64,000 bases of DNA from an uncultured Candidatus Saccharibacteria bacterium (GCA_964615415.1 CAZTNI010000001.1:176746-240745); one strand, 5' to 3'; positions 1-8,607 are shown, counted from the first letter of the stretch. Notes: a model not told the origin generated them from the sequence alone. Made by a program: numbers and translations.

Positions 1-430
1 TGCTGTTACTGTGTGCGCAGGTGTAGGAGACAAAAATGCGAAGAAACTCCTTGCTGCAACGGAAGAAGCGCTGTATGCCGCTATTGCCGCTGCACGTCCA
101 GGTAAACATGTGGGCGACATTGGGGCAGCGGTTATGGAAGTTGCGCGGCGAAATAATTTTTCAGTAGTAGAAGACCTTGGCGGGCACGGTATTGGCCGCG
201 TGCTCCACGAGCCGCCCTACATTCCAAACGAAGGAAACCCGGGCGAAGGGGAAGAGCTTGTGGAGGGGCTCGTGCTCGCGATCGAGCCTATGCTTACAGA
301 AGGGTCGCCAAAAATTACGCTCGACAAAAATGATCAGTGGACGTATCGCATGAAAGACGGACTCCGCGCGGCTCACTTTGAACACACTGTTTTGATCACA
401 AAAAAAGGCGCAGAGGTGCTCACTAAGTAA
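1..430 (+). CDS. map: methionine aminopeptidase type I, C-terminal part (5' end lies outside the window)
   Basis: ORF 11..430 is open to position 1. Translation has the MetAP motifs GHGIGRVLHEPP, AIEPML and FEHTVLITK. Confidence 0.9.
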   Translation, partial: AVTVCAGVGDKNAKKLLAATEEALYAAIAAARPGKHVGDIGAAVMEVARRNNFSVVEDLGGHGIGRVLHEPPYIPNEGNPGEGEELVEGLVLAIEPMLTEGSPKITLDKNDQWTYRMKDGLRAAHFEHTVLITKKGAEVLTK

Positions 431-477
431 AGGAGCCGCATTGCTTCTTTTCCGCACCTGTTGTACAGTGCCCTTTA

Positions 478-1059
478 ATGCATCCCAAAGAGGAAAAAAC
501 ATTCGTGCTCATAAAGCCAGACGGCGTCCGCAAGGGCCTTATTGGCGAGGTTATTAAGCGTTTTGAACAGCGCGACCTCAAGGTGATCGCCCTCGATATG
601 TTCCAGGCAACGCGCGAAGAAATGGACAACCACTATCCAAAAGATGATAAGTGGATGATGCGCATTGGTGAAAAAACGACTGGCACATACAACAAGTATG
701 GCTACGACATCACGAAAGACTTCGGCACAACCGACCTTCTGACGATCGGTAAAGAAGTGCGCAACTGGCTCGTCGATTTTATGACCTCGGCACCTATGGT
801 TAAGATGGTGGTGCAAGGTGTGCATGCGGTGGACATGGTGCGCAAAATCGTTGGTCCAACCATGCCGTACTTGGCAGAAATGGGCACTATCCGCGGCGAC
901 TATTCTGCAGACTCAGCTATTTCTGCAAACATGGAACGTCGCGCGGTCTATAACCTGGTGCACGCAAGTGAAACTCCAGAAGAGGCAAAACACGAAATTG
1001 AGCACTGGTTCGGCGCTCAAAATGTCTTTCAATACAAACGTTTTGGTATAGACGAGTAG
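478..1059 (+). CDS. ndk: nucleoside diphosphate kinase carrying a roughly 50-aa internal insertion
   Basis: N-terminus KTFVLIKPDGVRKGLIGEVIKRFE. C-terminal motifs FMTSAPMVKMVVQG, TIRGDY and HASE. 193 aa versus about 140 aa for typical Ndk. Confidence 0.85.
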   Translation: MHPKEEKTFVLIKPDGVRKGLIGEVIKRFEQRDLKVIALDMFQATREEMDNHYPKDDKWMMRIGEKTTGTYNKYGYDITKDFGTTDLLTIGKEVRNWLVDFMTSAPMVKMVVQGVHAVDMVRKIVGPTMPYLAEMGTIRGDYSADSAISANMERRAVYNLVHASETPEEAKHEIEHWFGAQNVFQYKRFGIDE

Positions 1060-1063
1060 CTTT

Positions 1064-1137
1064 AAAAACACTAAATAAAGATAGGTCCTCGGTTCTCCTC
1101 GAAGACTCGGCCAGACCTCTCTTTCTTTAGTGTTTTT
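1064..1137 (+). repeat. palindromic repeat element, copy A (core GTCCTCGGTTCTCC ... GGCCAGAC)
   Basis: Outer inverted repeat AAAAACACTAAA (1064-1075) / TTTAGTGTTTTT (1126-1137). Core at 1085-1098. Begins 5 nt after the ndk stop. Same core at 27461 and 32518. Confidence 0.7.
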
Positions 1138-1144
1138 ACGCAAA

Positions 1145-1153
1145 TGGTATACT
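1145..1153 (+). promoter_or_regulatory. extended -10 box TGGTATACT
   Basis: Matches the TGnTAyACT box that recurs 7-25 nt upstream of many start codons in this window. Here it precedes a roughly 180-nt structured leader. Confidence 0.45.
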
Positions 1154-1334
1154 AGTAGAGGACTTCGGAAGTAAATGTCCTTAAGTGATCTACAGGGAGT
1201 TCGAGTTTTGGATTACACCGTGGTGTAGTCCATAGAACACCCACTTTACACAAAAGTAGACACTTACTTCCGGGGTTCATGGAGAGCCCCGCTCCGAAGG
1301 GAAGCGGGACTTTGCGTACTAGACTTACCCCACT
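1154..1334 (+). promoter_or_regulatory. structured, GC-rich 5' leader (candidate riboswitch or cis-regulatory RNA) upstream of a small membrane protein gene
   Basis: Long-range helix CGGAAGTAAATGTC (1166-1179) pairs with GACACTTACTTCCG (1259-1272). Internal hairpins GGATTACACC-GTG-GTGTAGTCC (1210-1231) and CCCGCT-CCGAAGGGA-AGCGGG (1287-1307). No ORF of note. Confidence 0.35.
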
Positions 1335-1727
1335 ATGGCTTTTCTTTTTTACACGTTAGCCATTCTTACTTCTGCATTTACTGCATGGCTCTACTCACTT
1401 GGTGTAGGGAACTCACTTTTTTGGATTTACTGGTGGTACGACATTTTGATTCATATTCTTGCCGGACTCATGTTGGGATTCTGGGCGGCGGGTGGCGCTG
1501 CAGAGCGTGATGCGCCGAGTGCACGTATGGTGCTGTATGTTGTGTTTGTGGTGCTTAGTGTTGCACTGCTCTGGGAAGGATTTGAAATAATTACTGATAT
1601 CGCCGACAAGGCAGGGGGTGCATACTATGTCGACACGTTTGCCGACATCTGTAATGCAATCTTAGGGAGCGCACCTGCAATGGTGCTCTACATACTACTG
1701 CGTCGTACTCGTACACACTATGTCTAA
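1335..1727 (+). CDS. small integral membrane protein (4 predicted TM), unknown function
   Basis: ORF 130 aa with hydrophobic segments. Overlaps the next gene by 8 nt. Confidence 0.6.
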   Translation: MAFLFYTLAILTSAFTAWLYSLGVGNSLFWIYWWYDILIHILAGLMLGFWAAGGAAERDAPSARMVLYVVFVVLSVALLWEGFEIITDIADKAGGAYYVDTFADICNAILGSAPAMVLYILLRRTRTHYV

Positions 1728-3084
1728 TACGAGCATACATTTTTACGGTGGTGCAGGGTCAGTCACGGGTGCGAATTTCTTGCTCGAAACAGGAAGCGTC
1801 CGCGCTTTAGTCGACTGCGGATTAACCCAAGGCACAGATACTGCCGAAGAGCGCAATTGGACACCCTTTGCGTACGATCCGTCATCCATTCCGTTTCTGT
1901 TTATTACGCATGCGCACATTGACCACATTGGACGTATTCCAAAATTAGTTAAAGATGGTTTTACAGGAAGAATTATTTCAACCGAAGCAACTCGTGCGCT
2001 CGCAGAGCCGCTTCTCTTGGATTGTATGGAGCTGCTTGCTCATACTGCAGAAAAACACGGTCGTGCAGAATTATTTTCAAAAGCTGACGTAGCAGCAGCG
2101 ATGCAGCTATGGGAAGGCGTGTCGTATGGGAAGCCTATTGATGTGGGAGAGGGGATTACCGCTACGTTTCTCGATGCGGGGCATATCTTGGGGTCGGGTA
2201 TGGTGCAATTTGAGCGTGAGGGTAAAAAACTTATCTTTACCGGTGACTTGGGGAGCGGTAACTCGCCCCTGCTTGCACCAGTTGCAGAGGTAACCACCGC
2301 AACATACTTGGTTATGGAAAGTGTTTATGGGGATCGAGTGCGAGAGGAAGATGGAGATAGGCGTGACCAGCTAGAAGACGTTATTGAGGACACTATAGGA
2401 AAAGGCGGGACACTACTTATCCCCGCATTTTCTACCGAGCGCACCCAAGATTTGTTGTTCGAAGTTCGGACCCTTATGACGGAAAAACGCATTCCGAGCT
2501 GTCCAGTCTTTATCGACTCTCCATTAGCGGAAAAAATAACCGCCGCCTATGTAGCACATCCAGCGTACTTTTCTGCAGACATGCAGGCCCGCATTGCAAA
2601 AGGGGAGCATATTTTCTCCTTTCCCGAGTTGCAACTCGTAGAAGATATAGAAGAGTCTCGTCGTGTTGCGCATCGTCCTGGTGCAAAAATTATTATCGCG
2701 GGGTCGGGCATGAGTAATGGCGGTCGAGTACAAATGCACGAAGAACAAGTATGTACTGATCCTAAATCAACTATTTTGATCGTGGGCTATCAAGCTGCGG
2801 GAAGCTTAGGGCGCCGACTCATCGACGGGGAAAAGACCATATTCCTTCGAGGACAAAAAGTGCGGGTGCAGTGTAAGGTGAAGGCAATCTATGGATATTC
2901 TGCGCACATGGACAGTGAGCAGCTCCTTGAGTTTGTAAATAAAACCGCCAAAAGTTTAAAGGAGGCATTTGTCGTCATGGGAGAGCCATCCTCGGCAGTA
3001 TTTTTAGCACAGCGCATCCGCGACTATCTTGGTACAAAAGCAACGACTCCTGAAGTGGGCGCAAAAGCTGAAATTGATTTCTAG
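1720..3084 (+). CDS. MBL-fold beta-CASP ribonuclease (CPSF/RNase J-like)
   Basis: HAHIDHIG metallo-beta-lactamase motif, DAGHILGS, and a C-terminal beta-CASP-like region. 454 aa. Confidence 0.8.
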   Translation: MSNTSIHFYGGAGSVTGANFLLETGSVRALVDCGLTQGTDTAEERNWTPFAYDPSSIPFLFITHAHIDHIGRIPKLVKDGFTGRIISTEATRALAEPLLLDCMELLAHTAEKHGRAELFSKADVAAAMQLWEGVSYGKPIDVGEGITATFLDAGHILGSGMVQFEREGKKLIFTGDLGSGNSPLLAPVAEVTTATYLVMESVYGDRVREEDGDRRDQLEDVIEDTIGKGGTLLIPAFSTERTQDLLFEVRTLMTEKRIPSCPVFIDSPLAEKITAAYVAHPAYFSADMQARIAKGEHIFSFPELQLVEDIEESRRVAHRPGAKIIIAGSGMSNGGRVQMHEEQVCTDPKSTILIVGYQAAGSLGRRLIDGEKTIFLRGQKVRVQCKVKAIYGYSAHMDSEQLLEFVNKTAKSLKEAFVVMGEPSSAVFLAQRIRDYLGTKATTPEVGAKAEIDF

Positions 3085-3099
3085 TGTACAATTAAGAAA

Positions 3100-3711
3100 A
3101 TGGATCCGAAGCATGAACATTTGCAGTTAAAGTTGTGTGTCTCAGGTGCAGCGGAAACAGGACATTGTGGCGTTGATGCATACGACAAAGGCATTGCACT
3201 TGGCAAAGAAATTGCACGCGCAGGCGCCATTTTAGTTGAAGGTGCAACAACGGGTTTTCCGCTCTGGTCAGCTATGGGCGCAAAAGAGGCTGGGGGATTT
3301 GTAATAGGATTTTCGCCTGCATCTACCGAGAAAGAACATATCGAAACGTACAACCTTCCCGTTGAATACCATGACCTTATTGTCTACACGGGCTTTGGCT
3401 ACCCAGGGCGCGACCTCATTTTGACCCGCTCGGCAGATGCTATCTTTTTTGGATGTGGACGTATTGGTACTATCCACGAATTTACTATTGCGTTCGAAGA
3501 TAAAAAGCCAATTGGCATTTTAGAGGCCGACTGGGAGACTGATGAGCTTATTAAAGATATTGTCGAAAAAGGTCACCGTGCCAACGACCGTATCGTGTTT
3601 GATAATGACCCGAAGGCGCTCGTAGAACGGGTGATAGCGCTCGTAAAGGCAGACAAAATAAACCGCGCCTCCTTCCGCTTTGAAGCCGCAGGCGAAATAC
3701 CCGGGAACTAA
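3100..3711 (+). CDS. LOG/SLOG-family Rossmann-fold protein (TIGR00725-like)
   Basis: GGFVIGFSP ... FGYPGRDLILTRSADAIFFGCGRIGT pattern typical of the LOG/DprA-like SLOG fold. Confidence 0.5.
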   Translation: MDPKHEHLQLKLCVSGAAETGHCGVDAYDKGIALGKEIARAGAILVEGATTGFPLWSAMGAKEAGGFVIGFSPASTEKEHIETYNLPVEYHDLIVYTGFGYPGRDLILTRSADAIFFGCGRIGTIHEFTIAFEDKKPIGILEADWETDELIKDIVEKGHRANDRIVFDNDPKALVERVIALVKADKINRASFRFEAAGEIPGN

Positions 3712-3738
3712 AAAAGCCCCTCTTGAGGGGCTTTTTTA
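3712..3738. terminator. bidirectional intrinsic terminator
   Basis: Hairpin AGCCCCTC-TTGA-GGGGCT (3715-3732) flanked by an A-run and a T-run, between convergent genes. Confidence 0.7.
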
Positions 3739-3739
3739 G

Positions 3740-4090
3740 TTAGGCAACCTTTTTTGCTACTCGGGCGAAGCTTGCAGGAGATTTTTCTGCCATCTCTGCG
3801 AGCATTTTGCGGTTAAGCTTGATGCCTGCCTTGTTGAGGGCGCCGATGAATTTGCTGTAAGAAAGGGTTTCTGAAACACCTTCGAGACCTGCGTTAATGC
3901 GGACGTTCCAGAGGCGGCGGAAGTCATTCTTCTTGTCGCGGCGGTGTGCAAACGCATACTTACCAGCGTGGAAGATAGCCTCCTTTGCTGCGCGCTCCTT
4001 CTTTGAACGTGCAAAGCGGTAGCCTTTTACCTGTTTAAGGACATTACGACGGCGCTTTGCTGATATTTTTCCTCCTTTTACGCGTGCCAT
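3740..4090 (-). CDS. rplT: 50S ribosomal protein L20
   Basis: MARVKGG...RRRNVLKQVKGYRFARSK...AFAHRRDKKNDFRRLW. Classic infC-rpmI-rplT order. Confidence 0.95.
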   Translation of the reverse strand: MARVKGGKISAKRRRNVLKQVKGYRFARSKKERAAKEAIFHAGKYAFAHRRDKKNDFRRLWNVRINAGLEGVSETLSYSKFIGALNKAGIKLNRKMLAEMAEKSPASFARVAKKVA

Positions 4091-4095
4091 ATATG

Positions 4096-4296
4096 TTAGT
4101 TACGAGATGGGGAAGCAGTATTAATAAATTGCTGCGTCACCTTCTTCGAAAAAGTAAGAGACTGAGAGCGGCGGCCGGTCATCTGAGTAGAGCGGCTCTC
4201 TTTTGCATTGAAATGGTTTTGACCAGGCTTACGTGCAATAACCTTACCGTTGCGGGTAATTTTAAGACGCTTTGTAAATGATTTGTTCGTTTTCAT
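4096..4296 (-). CDS. rpmI: 50S ribosomal protein L35
   Basis: 66-aa basic protein starting MKTNKSFTKRLKITRNGKV, lying between infC and rplT. Start chosen at an internal ATG. Confidence 0.75.
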   Translation of the reverse strand: MKTNKSFTKRLKITRNGKVIARKPGQNHFNAKESRSTQMTGRRSQSLTFSKKVTQQFINTASPSRN

Positions 4297-4306
4297 ACTA
4301 TTGAAA

Positions 4307-4822
4307 TTACTTCTTCGCACCACGCTCGATAACCGTACTTAGACCTTTGAGGCTCTTTGCGATAGGCTCGGCAACCTTGTAGTCGTAGGGGATCAGCTTG
4401 AGGAACCGCTCTAAACGCTCTTTGAGGAGTGCGAAATCCATATACTTATACCGGCCCCAGAGAAACAGGTCTACCTTGACCCGATGCCCTTCCTCGAGCC
4501 ACTCGGCCGCTTTTTTAGCCTTGAGGTTAAGGTCGTGCTCGCCAGTGCCAATCTTGACCTGGACGCTCTTGGTTTCCGTGGTATGTGATTTCGCCTTTAT
4601 TTCTCGGCGTTTTTTCTGCTGTTCGTACGTAAATTTACCATATTCCATTATTTTTGCAACTGGCGGGACGGCGCTCGGAGAGATCTCTATAAGGTCGAGT
4701 CCAGCCTCTTCAGCCTTTGCTAGAGCCTCAGAAAGGCTAATAACCCCAAAGTTTTCACCCTCGGGGCCTATAACGCGCAGCTGCGCAGAACGGATCTGGT
4801 GGTTAATACGAGTCGTATCCAA
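4307..4822 (-). CDS. infC: translation initiation factor IF-3
   Basis: INHQIRSAQLRVIGPEGENFGVISLSEALAKAEEAGLDLIEIS ... VQVKIGTGEHDLNLKAKKAAEWLEEGHRVKV. Confidence 0.95.
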   Translation of the reverse strand: MDTTRINHQIRSAQLRVIGPEGENFGVISLSEALAKAEEAGLDLIEISPSAVPPVAKIMEYGKFTYEQQKKRREIKAKSHTTETKSVQVKIGTGEHDLNLKAKKAAEWLEEGHRVKVDLFLWGRYKYMDFALLKERLERFLKLIPYDYKVAEPIAKSLKGLSTVIERGAKK

Positions 4823-4975
4823 AGCTGTAGTGTCAATACTATAGCAGGTGTGGGGGGTTAGGGCAATCTAATGAGCTGCTCCTCGCATAGAGAGTGTGGA
4901 CATTTATACAAAATATTGTAATATGTGTTCGGTTTTGGCGACGCACAGAGGCGTCAAAAACATAGGAGGAAGGCA

Positions 4976-5632
4976 GTGTCTCTTATACGAACGGCGCATT
5001 CTGGACAGGCAAAAAGTGCTCCGCGCAAGCGGCTGCGCCAGCAGCAGAAGAGAATACTAGAACTGCAGAAGTTGTGGCGTGCGAAAAATACGGCACAGGA
5101 CTTGCAGGATTTGCTGCCGGTAGAAATAGTTATTCGCGGATATGAACGATGGCAAGATGCGTACGCTTCTTTCCCTTTGCTTACGGCACGGGCAGACAAT
5201 CCTTATTTTGTTGCCGGCAAACCTATATCGTTCCTTGAAGCGGTCCGCGTGAATGCCGACTTAAACCGGGTGAGTTTCGAACGAGAGATCGTGAGCGACC
5301 TTCTTACAAGAGGGTATGTACTCGAAGAGCTTGAGTTTGAAATAGACCATCCGGCGCGTGGTCGCTGGGGTAAGTGTGTCTGGGATCGCGACAATCCTGT
5401 CTACGACAGGAAGTTGAAGTTCTTCCCTGAAGCTGACAGAACCGTGTGCAGCTTCCTTGTTGCCAGACACCGGACCGAGTTTGCTGGCGAACAGGAGTTT
5501 GGTCTGTATTCAACGCAGATGGTCGGAGCTGTGTTAATTACCGGGAAGGTACAAATACTGCTTCACAAAACAATACTCTTCCATAAGGTCGTGCTGTCGC
5601 CCCCGGCGCAGCAGCTTGCACAAGCGGCGTGA
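4976..5632 (+). CDS. hypothetical protein
   Basis: ORF 4925..5632. GTG at 4976 lies 6 nt after an AGGAGG ribosome-binding site. No recognisable motifs. Confidence 0.45.
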   Translation: MSLIRTAHSGQAKSAPRKRLRQQQKRILELQKLWRAKNTAQDLQDLLPVEIVIRGYERWQDAYASFPLLTARADNPYFVAGKPISFLEAVRVNADLNRVSFEREIVSDLLTRGYVLEELEFEIDHPARGRWGKCVWDRDNPVYDRKLKFFPEADRTVCSFLVARHRTEFAGEQEFGLYSTQMVGAVLITGKVQILLHKTILFHKVVLSPPAQQLAQAA

Positions 5633-5649
5633 GTCGCTTCGAAATCTAA

Positions 5650-5680
5650 GGTCACGCTCAAAGCGTGACCTTTTTCTTTT
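5650..5680 (+). terminator. intrinsic terminator
   Basis: Hairpin GGTCACGCT-CAAA-GCGTGACC followed by TTTTTCTTTT. Confidence 0.7.
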
Positions 5681-5685
5681 CGGAC

Positions 5686-5694
5686 TGCTATACT
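5686..5694 (+). promoter_or_regulatory. extended -10 box TGCTATACT, 6 nt upstream of the ATG (leaderless transcript likely)
   Basis: TGCTATACT-gccgat-ATG. Confidence 0.5.
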
Positions 5695-5700
5695 GCCGAT

Positions 5701-6825
5701 ATGCCGCAGCCGCGATACGAATACAGTCGCTCAGTGATACAAAAGACTATTGAGGAGTTGCTGGGACTTTCTGCGCCCTTTGGACTAACGGTGCGGTATG
5801 CGGTCAAAGCGAATCCATTCCCCGAAATATTAAAAATGATGCACGGGGCCGGCGTGCACTTTGACGCGAGTTCGAGTTACGAAGCTGCTATGTTGCTTGA
5901 ACAAGGTGTAGAAGGAAATAAAATCTCACTTTCGTCGCAGCAATCGCCACATAACCTTTCAGATTTATTGAATGAGGGTGTTCTTTTTGTTGCGACCTCG
6001 CTTAATCAATTAAAAATATTTCTTGATACTGTAAATCATCCAACCACTGTTGGTGTACGGATAAACGTAGGGATAGGAGAAGGGCATACGAAGCGCACGA
6101 GTACGGGTGGCGTAAACTCCAGCTTCGGCATTTGGCATGAGTATATAGATGACGTACTTGCTGTGGCGCAGGCTGCGAATGTAAAAATCGACCGACTGCA
6201 TATACATGTCGGTTCAGGAGCAGATCCAAAAATTTGGAAAGACGTAATGGAAAAATCTTTAGCTGTTGTAGAACAATTTCCTGACGTTACTTCTTTAGAT
6301 ATTGGTGGCGGCTATAAAATTCATCGCTATGCAGACGAAAAGGAGGCAAACATACCAGACATTGCAGCACTATTTGCAGAACAGTTACAATCTTTTTCTG
6401 AACGCACCGGAAGAAAACTCCATCTTGAAATAGAGCCAGGTACGTATTTTATTGCGCACGCAGGGACACTCGTTGCCTGCGTAGACGATATTGTCGACAC
6501 AGGGAAGGATGGCTACACATTCTTGCGACTCAATACCGGCATGAACGACTTTCTGCGTAGTACTCTCTACGGCGCACGCCACAACATTGAAGTTATAAAC
6601 GACAGCGTTACGACAAAAGAGTATGTAGTAGTGGGACACAACTGCGAGTCGGGCGACATACTTTCGCCGGTTGCGCATAACCCTGAAGAGATAGAAACTC
6701 GTACCCTTAAAGAAGCAAGAATAGGAGACGAAGTGCGGGTATATGACACTGGTGCATACTGTGCCAGTATGCGCGCAAAAGGCTACAACTCATTTCCTGA
6801 TGCAGTTGAGGTGATGGTCGAGTAG
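5701..6825 (+). CDS. PLP-dependent decarboxylase, Orn/DAP/Arg decarboxylase family 2 (diaminopimelate or carboxynorspermidine decarboxylase-like)
   Basis: YAVKANPF PLP-lysine motif, DIGGGY, GHNCESGDIL. Confidence 0.75.
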   Translation: MPQPRYEYSRSVIQKTIEELLGLSAPFGLTVRYAVKANPFPEILKMMHGAGVHFDASSSYEAAMLLEQGVEGNKISLSSQQSPHNLSDLLNEGVLFVATSLNQLKIFLDTVNHPTTVGVRINVGIGEGHTKRTSTGGVNSSFGIWHEYIDDVLAVAQAANVKIDRLHIHVGSGADPKIWKDVMEKSLAVVEQFPDVTSLDIGGGYKIHRYADEKEANIPDIAALFAEQLQSFSERTGRKLHLEIEPGTYFIAHAGTLVACVDDIVDTGKDGYTFLRLNTGMNDFLRSTLYGARHNIEVINDSVTTKEYVVVGHNCESGDILSPVAHNPEEIETRTLKEARIGDEVRVYDTGAYCASMRAKGYNSFPDAVEVMVE

Positions 6826-6975
6826 TGAAAAACCTCGTTTGACACAGTAAGGCTTGGGGAATATATTCAATCTATGCAGTCTATGCACAAGTGGTTCCGC
6901 GTCACCATTACTACCGACTTAGCCGGGGACACTTTTGCTGCGTAACTAATCTCAAGAAACCAAGCACCAAAACGA

Positions 6976-7005
6976 ATCCCCGGCGAAGCGCCGGGGATTT
7001 TTTGT
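6976..7005 (+). terminator. intrinsic terminator
   Basis: Hairpin ATCCCCGGCG-AAGC-GCCGGGGAT followed by TTTTTTG. Confidence 0.75.
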
Positions 7006-7103
7006 GGGGCTCTGATGCAAGAAACACTTTTTGCACCAGCGCCTGACAAGGGGAGAAGCTGGATGATCTTTTAAAACATCGCACAACCATAGGAGGATTC
7101 GCG

Positions 7104-7625
7104 ATGAATAGTGCATACGAAATGCCGCGGTTTTTCTACACCCACGCGTCCTGTGCGGGTGCAGTGTCTGTAATACAGAAGATGCAGGAGCTGCTCCGTA
7201 CTACGGAATATCTTGCCGAGCGGCCGTACCTTGCCGGAGTTACGTGCAAGGTGTTTGAAGAAGGGGAAGTAATTGAAGTCCCCGCCAACTCGGTAGCCCT
7301 CTTCGACACTCCGTCGTGGAACAGGACCTTCACCCCGTTTGTGACGGAGAACAGTCCTATTGTTGTTCCCGCATGGGCGAGGATCTCGAAGTGGAGTGTG
7401 CGGGTCGGACACCCATGCATGGAGAAGAACCGTTTCTTGCACTGTGCAACATCGATACTCGCACGCTTCGGCAACAATGGGAGCGACACGTTGCGCGACG
7501 GGTACTACCCGTGGGGAGCAAAGAAGGGGACCACAGAACCCGGGACGCAGAATGTGCCGCGGAAGCGCAGGCAGTATCGGCGGAGTGGCCCCGTGTACCT
7601 TGCGGATGTCGGTAGAGGTTGGTAG
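7104..7625 (+). CDS. hypothetical protein (GC-rich gene)
   Basis: ATAGGAGGattcgcgATG ribosome-binding site. Local GC about 58-60%, so several artefactual overlapping ORFs on both strands. Confidence 0.5.
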   Translation: MNSAYEMPRFFYTHASCAGAVSVIQKMQELLRTTEYLAERPYLAGVTCKVFEEGEVIEVPANSVALFDTPSWNRTFTPFVTENSPIVVPAWARISKWSVRVGHPCMEKNRFLHCATSILARFGNNGSDTLRDGYYPWGAKKGTTEPGTQNVPRKRRQYRRSGPVYLADVGRGW

Positions 7626-7661
7626 GGTACGGACGGAAGTCTTTCAACAAAGGAGAGAGAA

Positions 7662-8600
7662 ATGTCGGTAATCATACGCGCTGTTGTCAGGCTAGAGCCT
7701 GGTTGCAGGTTGTTCTACGAATGTCCTCCTGCGGGGATTTCTGATCTTCGGGAGACGAATGAATTCTACAGAAAGTACGGAGGCAAATACGCAACGTTTA
7801 TTGGCTATAGCGAAAAGCTGATAAGTATCCTTGATCGACAAGGTCTGCTGCCGGGGCGGTATGTCGACATTCGGCACATTCGCGTTCGATTCGACGACGA
7901 AGAAATGTATAAACTCAGAGCCGATCATTTTGTGGTTGTAGATCCTGCACATGCAACCCTGGTGCACGATGCTTCTGAGGATCAACGAATGGGCGACCTG
8001 CTACACCCGATCCTCTTTTATCCGGGCGACCAAGTACGGTTGACGGAAAAGCCGCAGCACGAACCAGACTCATTTGACCTCAGTCTTGTGCGCGAAGTGA
8101 GGGAGGTGTTTCTGGGTAAGGAGGAACTCGCTCCAGGTGGCATCCCGCGCTACCAAGTGTATGAGGCGGATGCGGAGTACGAAGCGCGCAAGCGCCTTGA
8201 GGAAAGTAAACCACGGCTCATGTTCTCTCGCAGAGTGGAGCGACGTGAGTGGAACAGGGCGGGCGAAAACCTGCAACTTGTCTCCCGCGGCAACGTGTGG
8301 GCACTCTACAACGACCCATCGAAGCTTTCGTTCGTCGACGACCAGCAGGAGTCTGAATTCTGGGCCACGCCCGGCATTAGCCGTATTGCGAAGAGTGGTA
8401 TTCAAACTCCTACTGAAGCGTACGCGCTGTTCGAGAAGGGAGTGGGCGATATCGTGGGTGTCCCCGACTATGCAAAGCATGCACCTACCGGTTCGTACAT
8501 TGTCTTTAAGTTGAACGACTGCTTCGGGCAGCATCGTGAGCGGGTGCGAGCACTCACGAAGCGGCTCTACGAGCCGCAGCTGGAGCAGGTGGTAGCATAA
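7662..8600 (+). CDS. hypothetical protein, 312 aa (GC-rich gene)
   Basis: Strong ribosome-binding site AAAGGAGAGAGAAATG. Followed by a terminator at 8608. Confidence 0.6.
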   Translation: MSVIIRAVVRLEPGCRLFYECPPAGISDLRETNEFYRKYGGKYATFIGYSEKLISILDRQGLLPGRYVDIRHIRVRFDDEEMYKLRADHFVVVDPAHATLVHDASEDQRMGDLLHPILFYPGDQVRLTEKPQHEPDSFDLSLVREVREVFLGKEELAPGGIPRYQVYEADAEYEARKRLEESKPRLMFSRRVERREWNRAGENLQLVSRGNVWALYNDPSKLSFVDDQQESEFWATPGISRIAKSGIQTPTEAYALFEKGVGDIVGVPDYAKHAPTGSYIVFKLNDCFGQHRERVRALTKRLYEPQLEQVVA

Positions 8601-8607
8601 AATAAAC

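Noticed and set aside
1064-1137. Self-cleaving ribozyme (hammerhead or twister) reading of the palindromic element family
   Set aside because: The conserved blocks do not match the CUGAUGA/GAAA hammerhead core or the twister consensus. One copy is translated inside recG. Kept as an unlikely alternative only.
1160-1330. SRP RNA (4.5S) or 6S RNA interpretation of the structured leader
   Set aside because: There is a tempting CUCCGAAGGGAAGC similarity to SRP helix 8. But no GNRA-capped helix 8 with the conserved symmetric and asymmetric loops can be drawn, and the ends do not pair as in 6S RNA.
3081-3353. 90-aa minus-strand ORF overlapping the SLOG-family gene, and similar small antisense ORFs listed throughout the track
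   Set aside because: Antisense to well-supported genes and without start signals. Treated as shadow ORFs.
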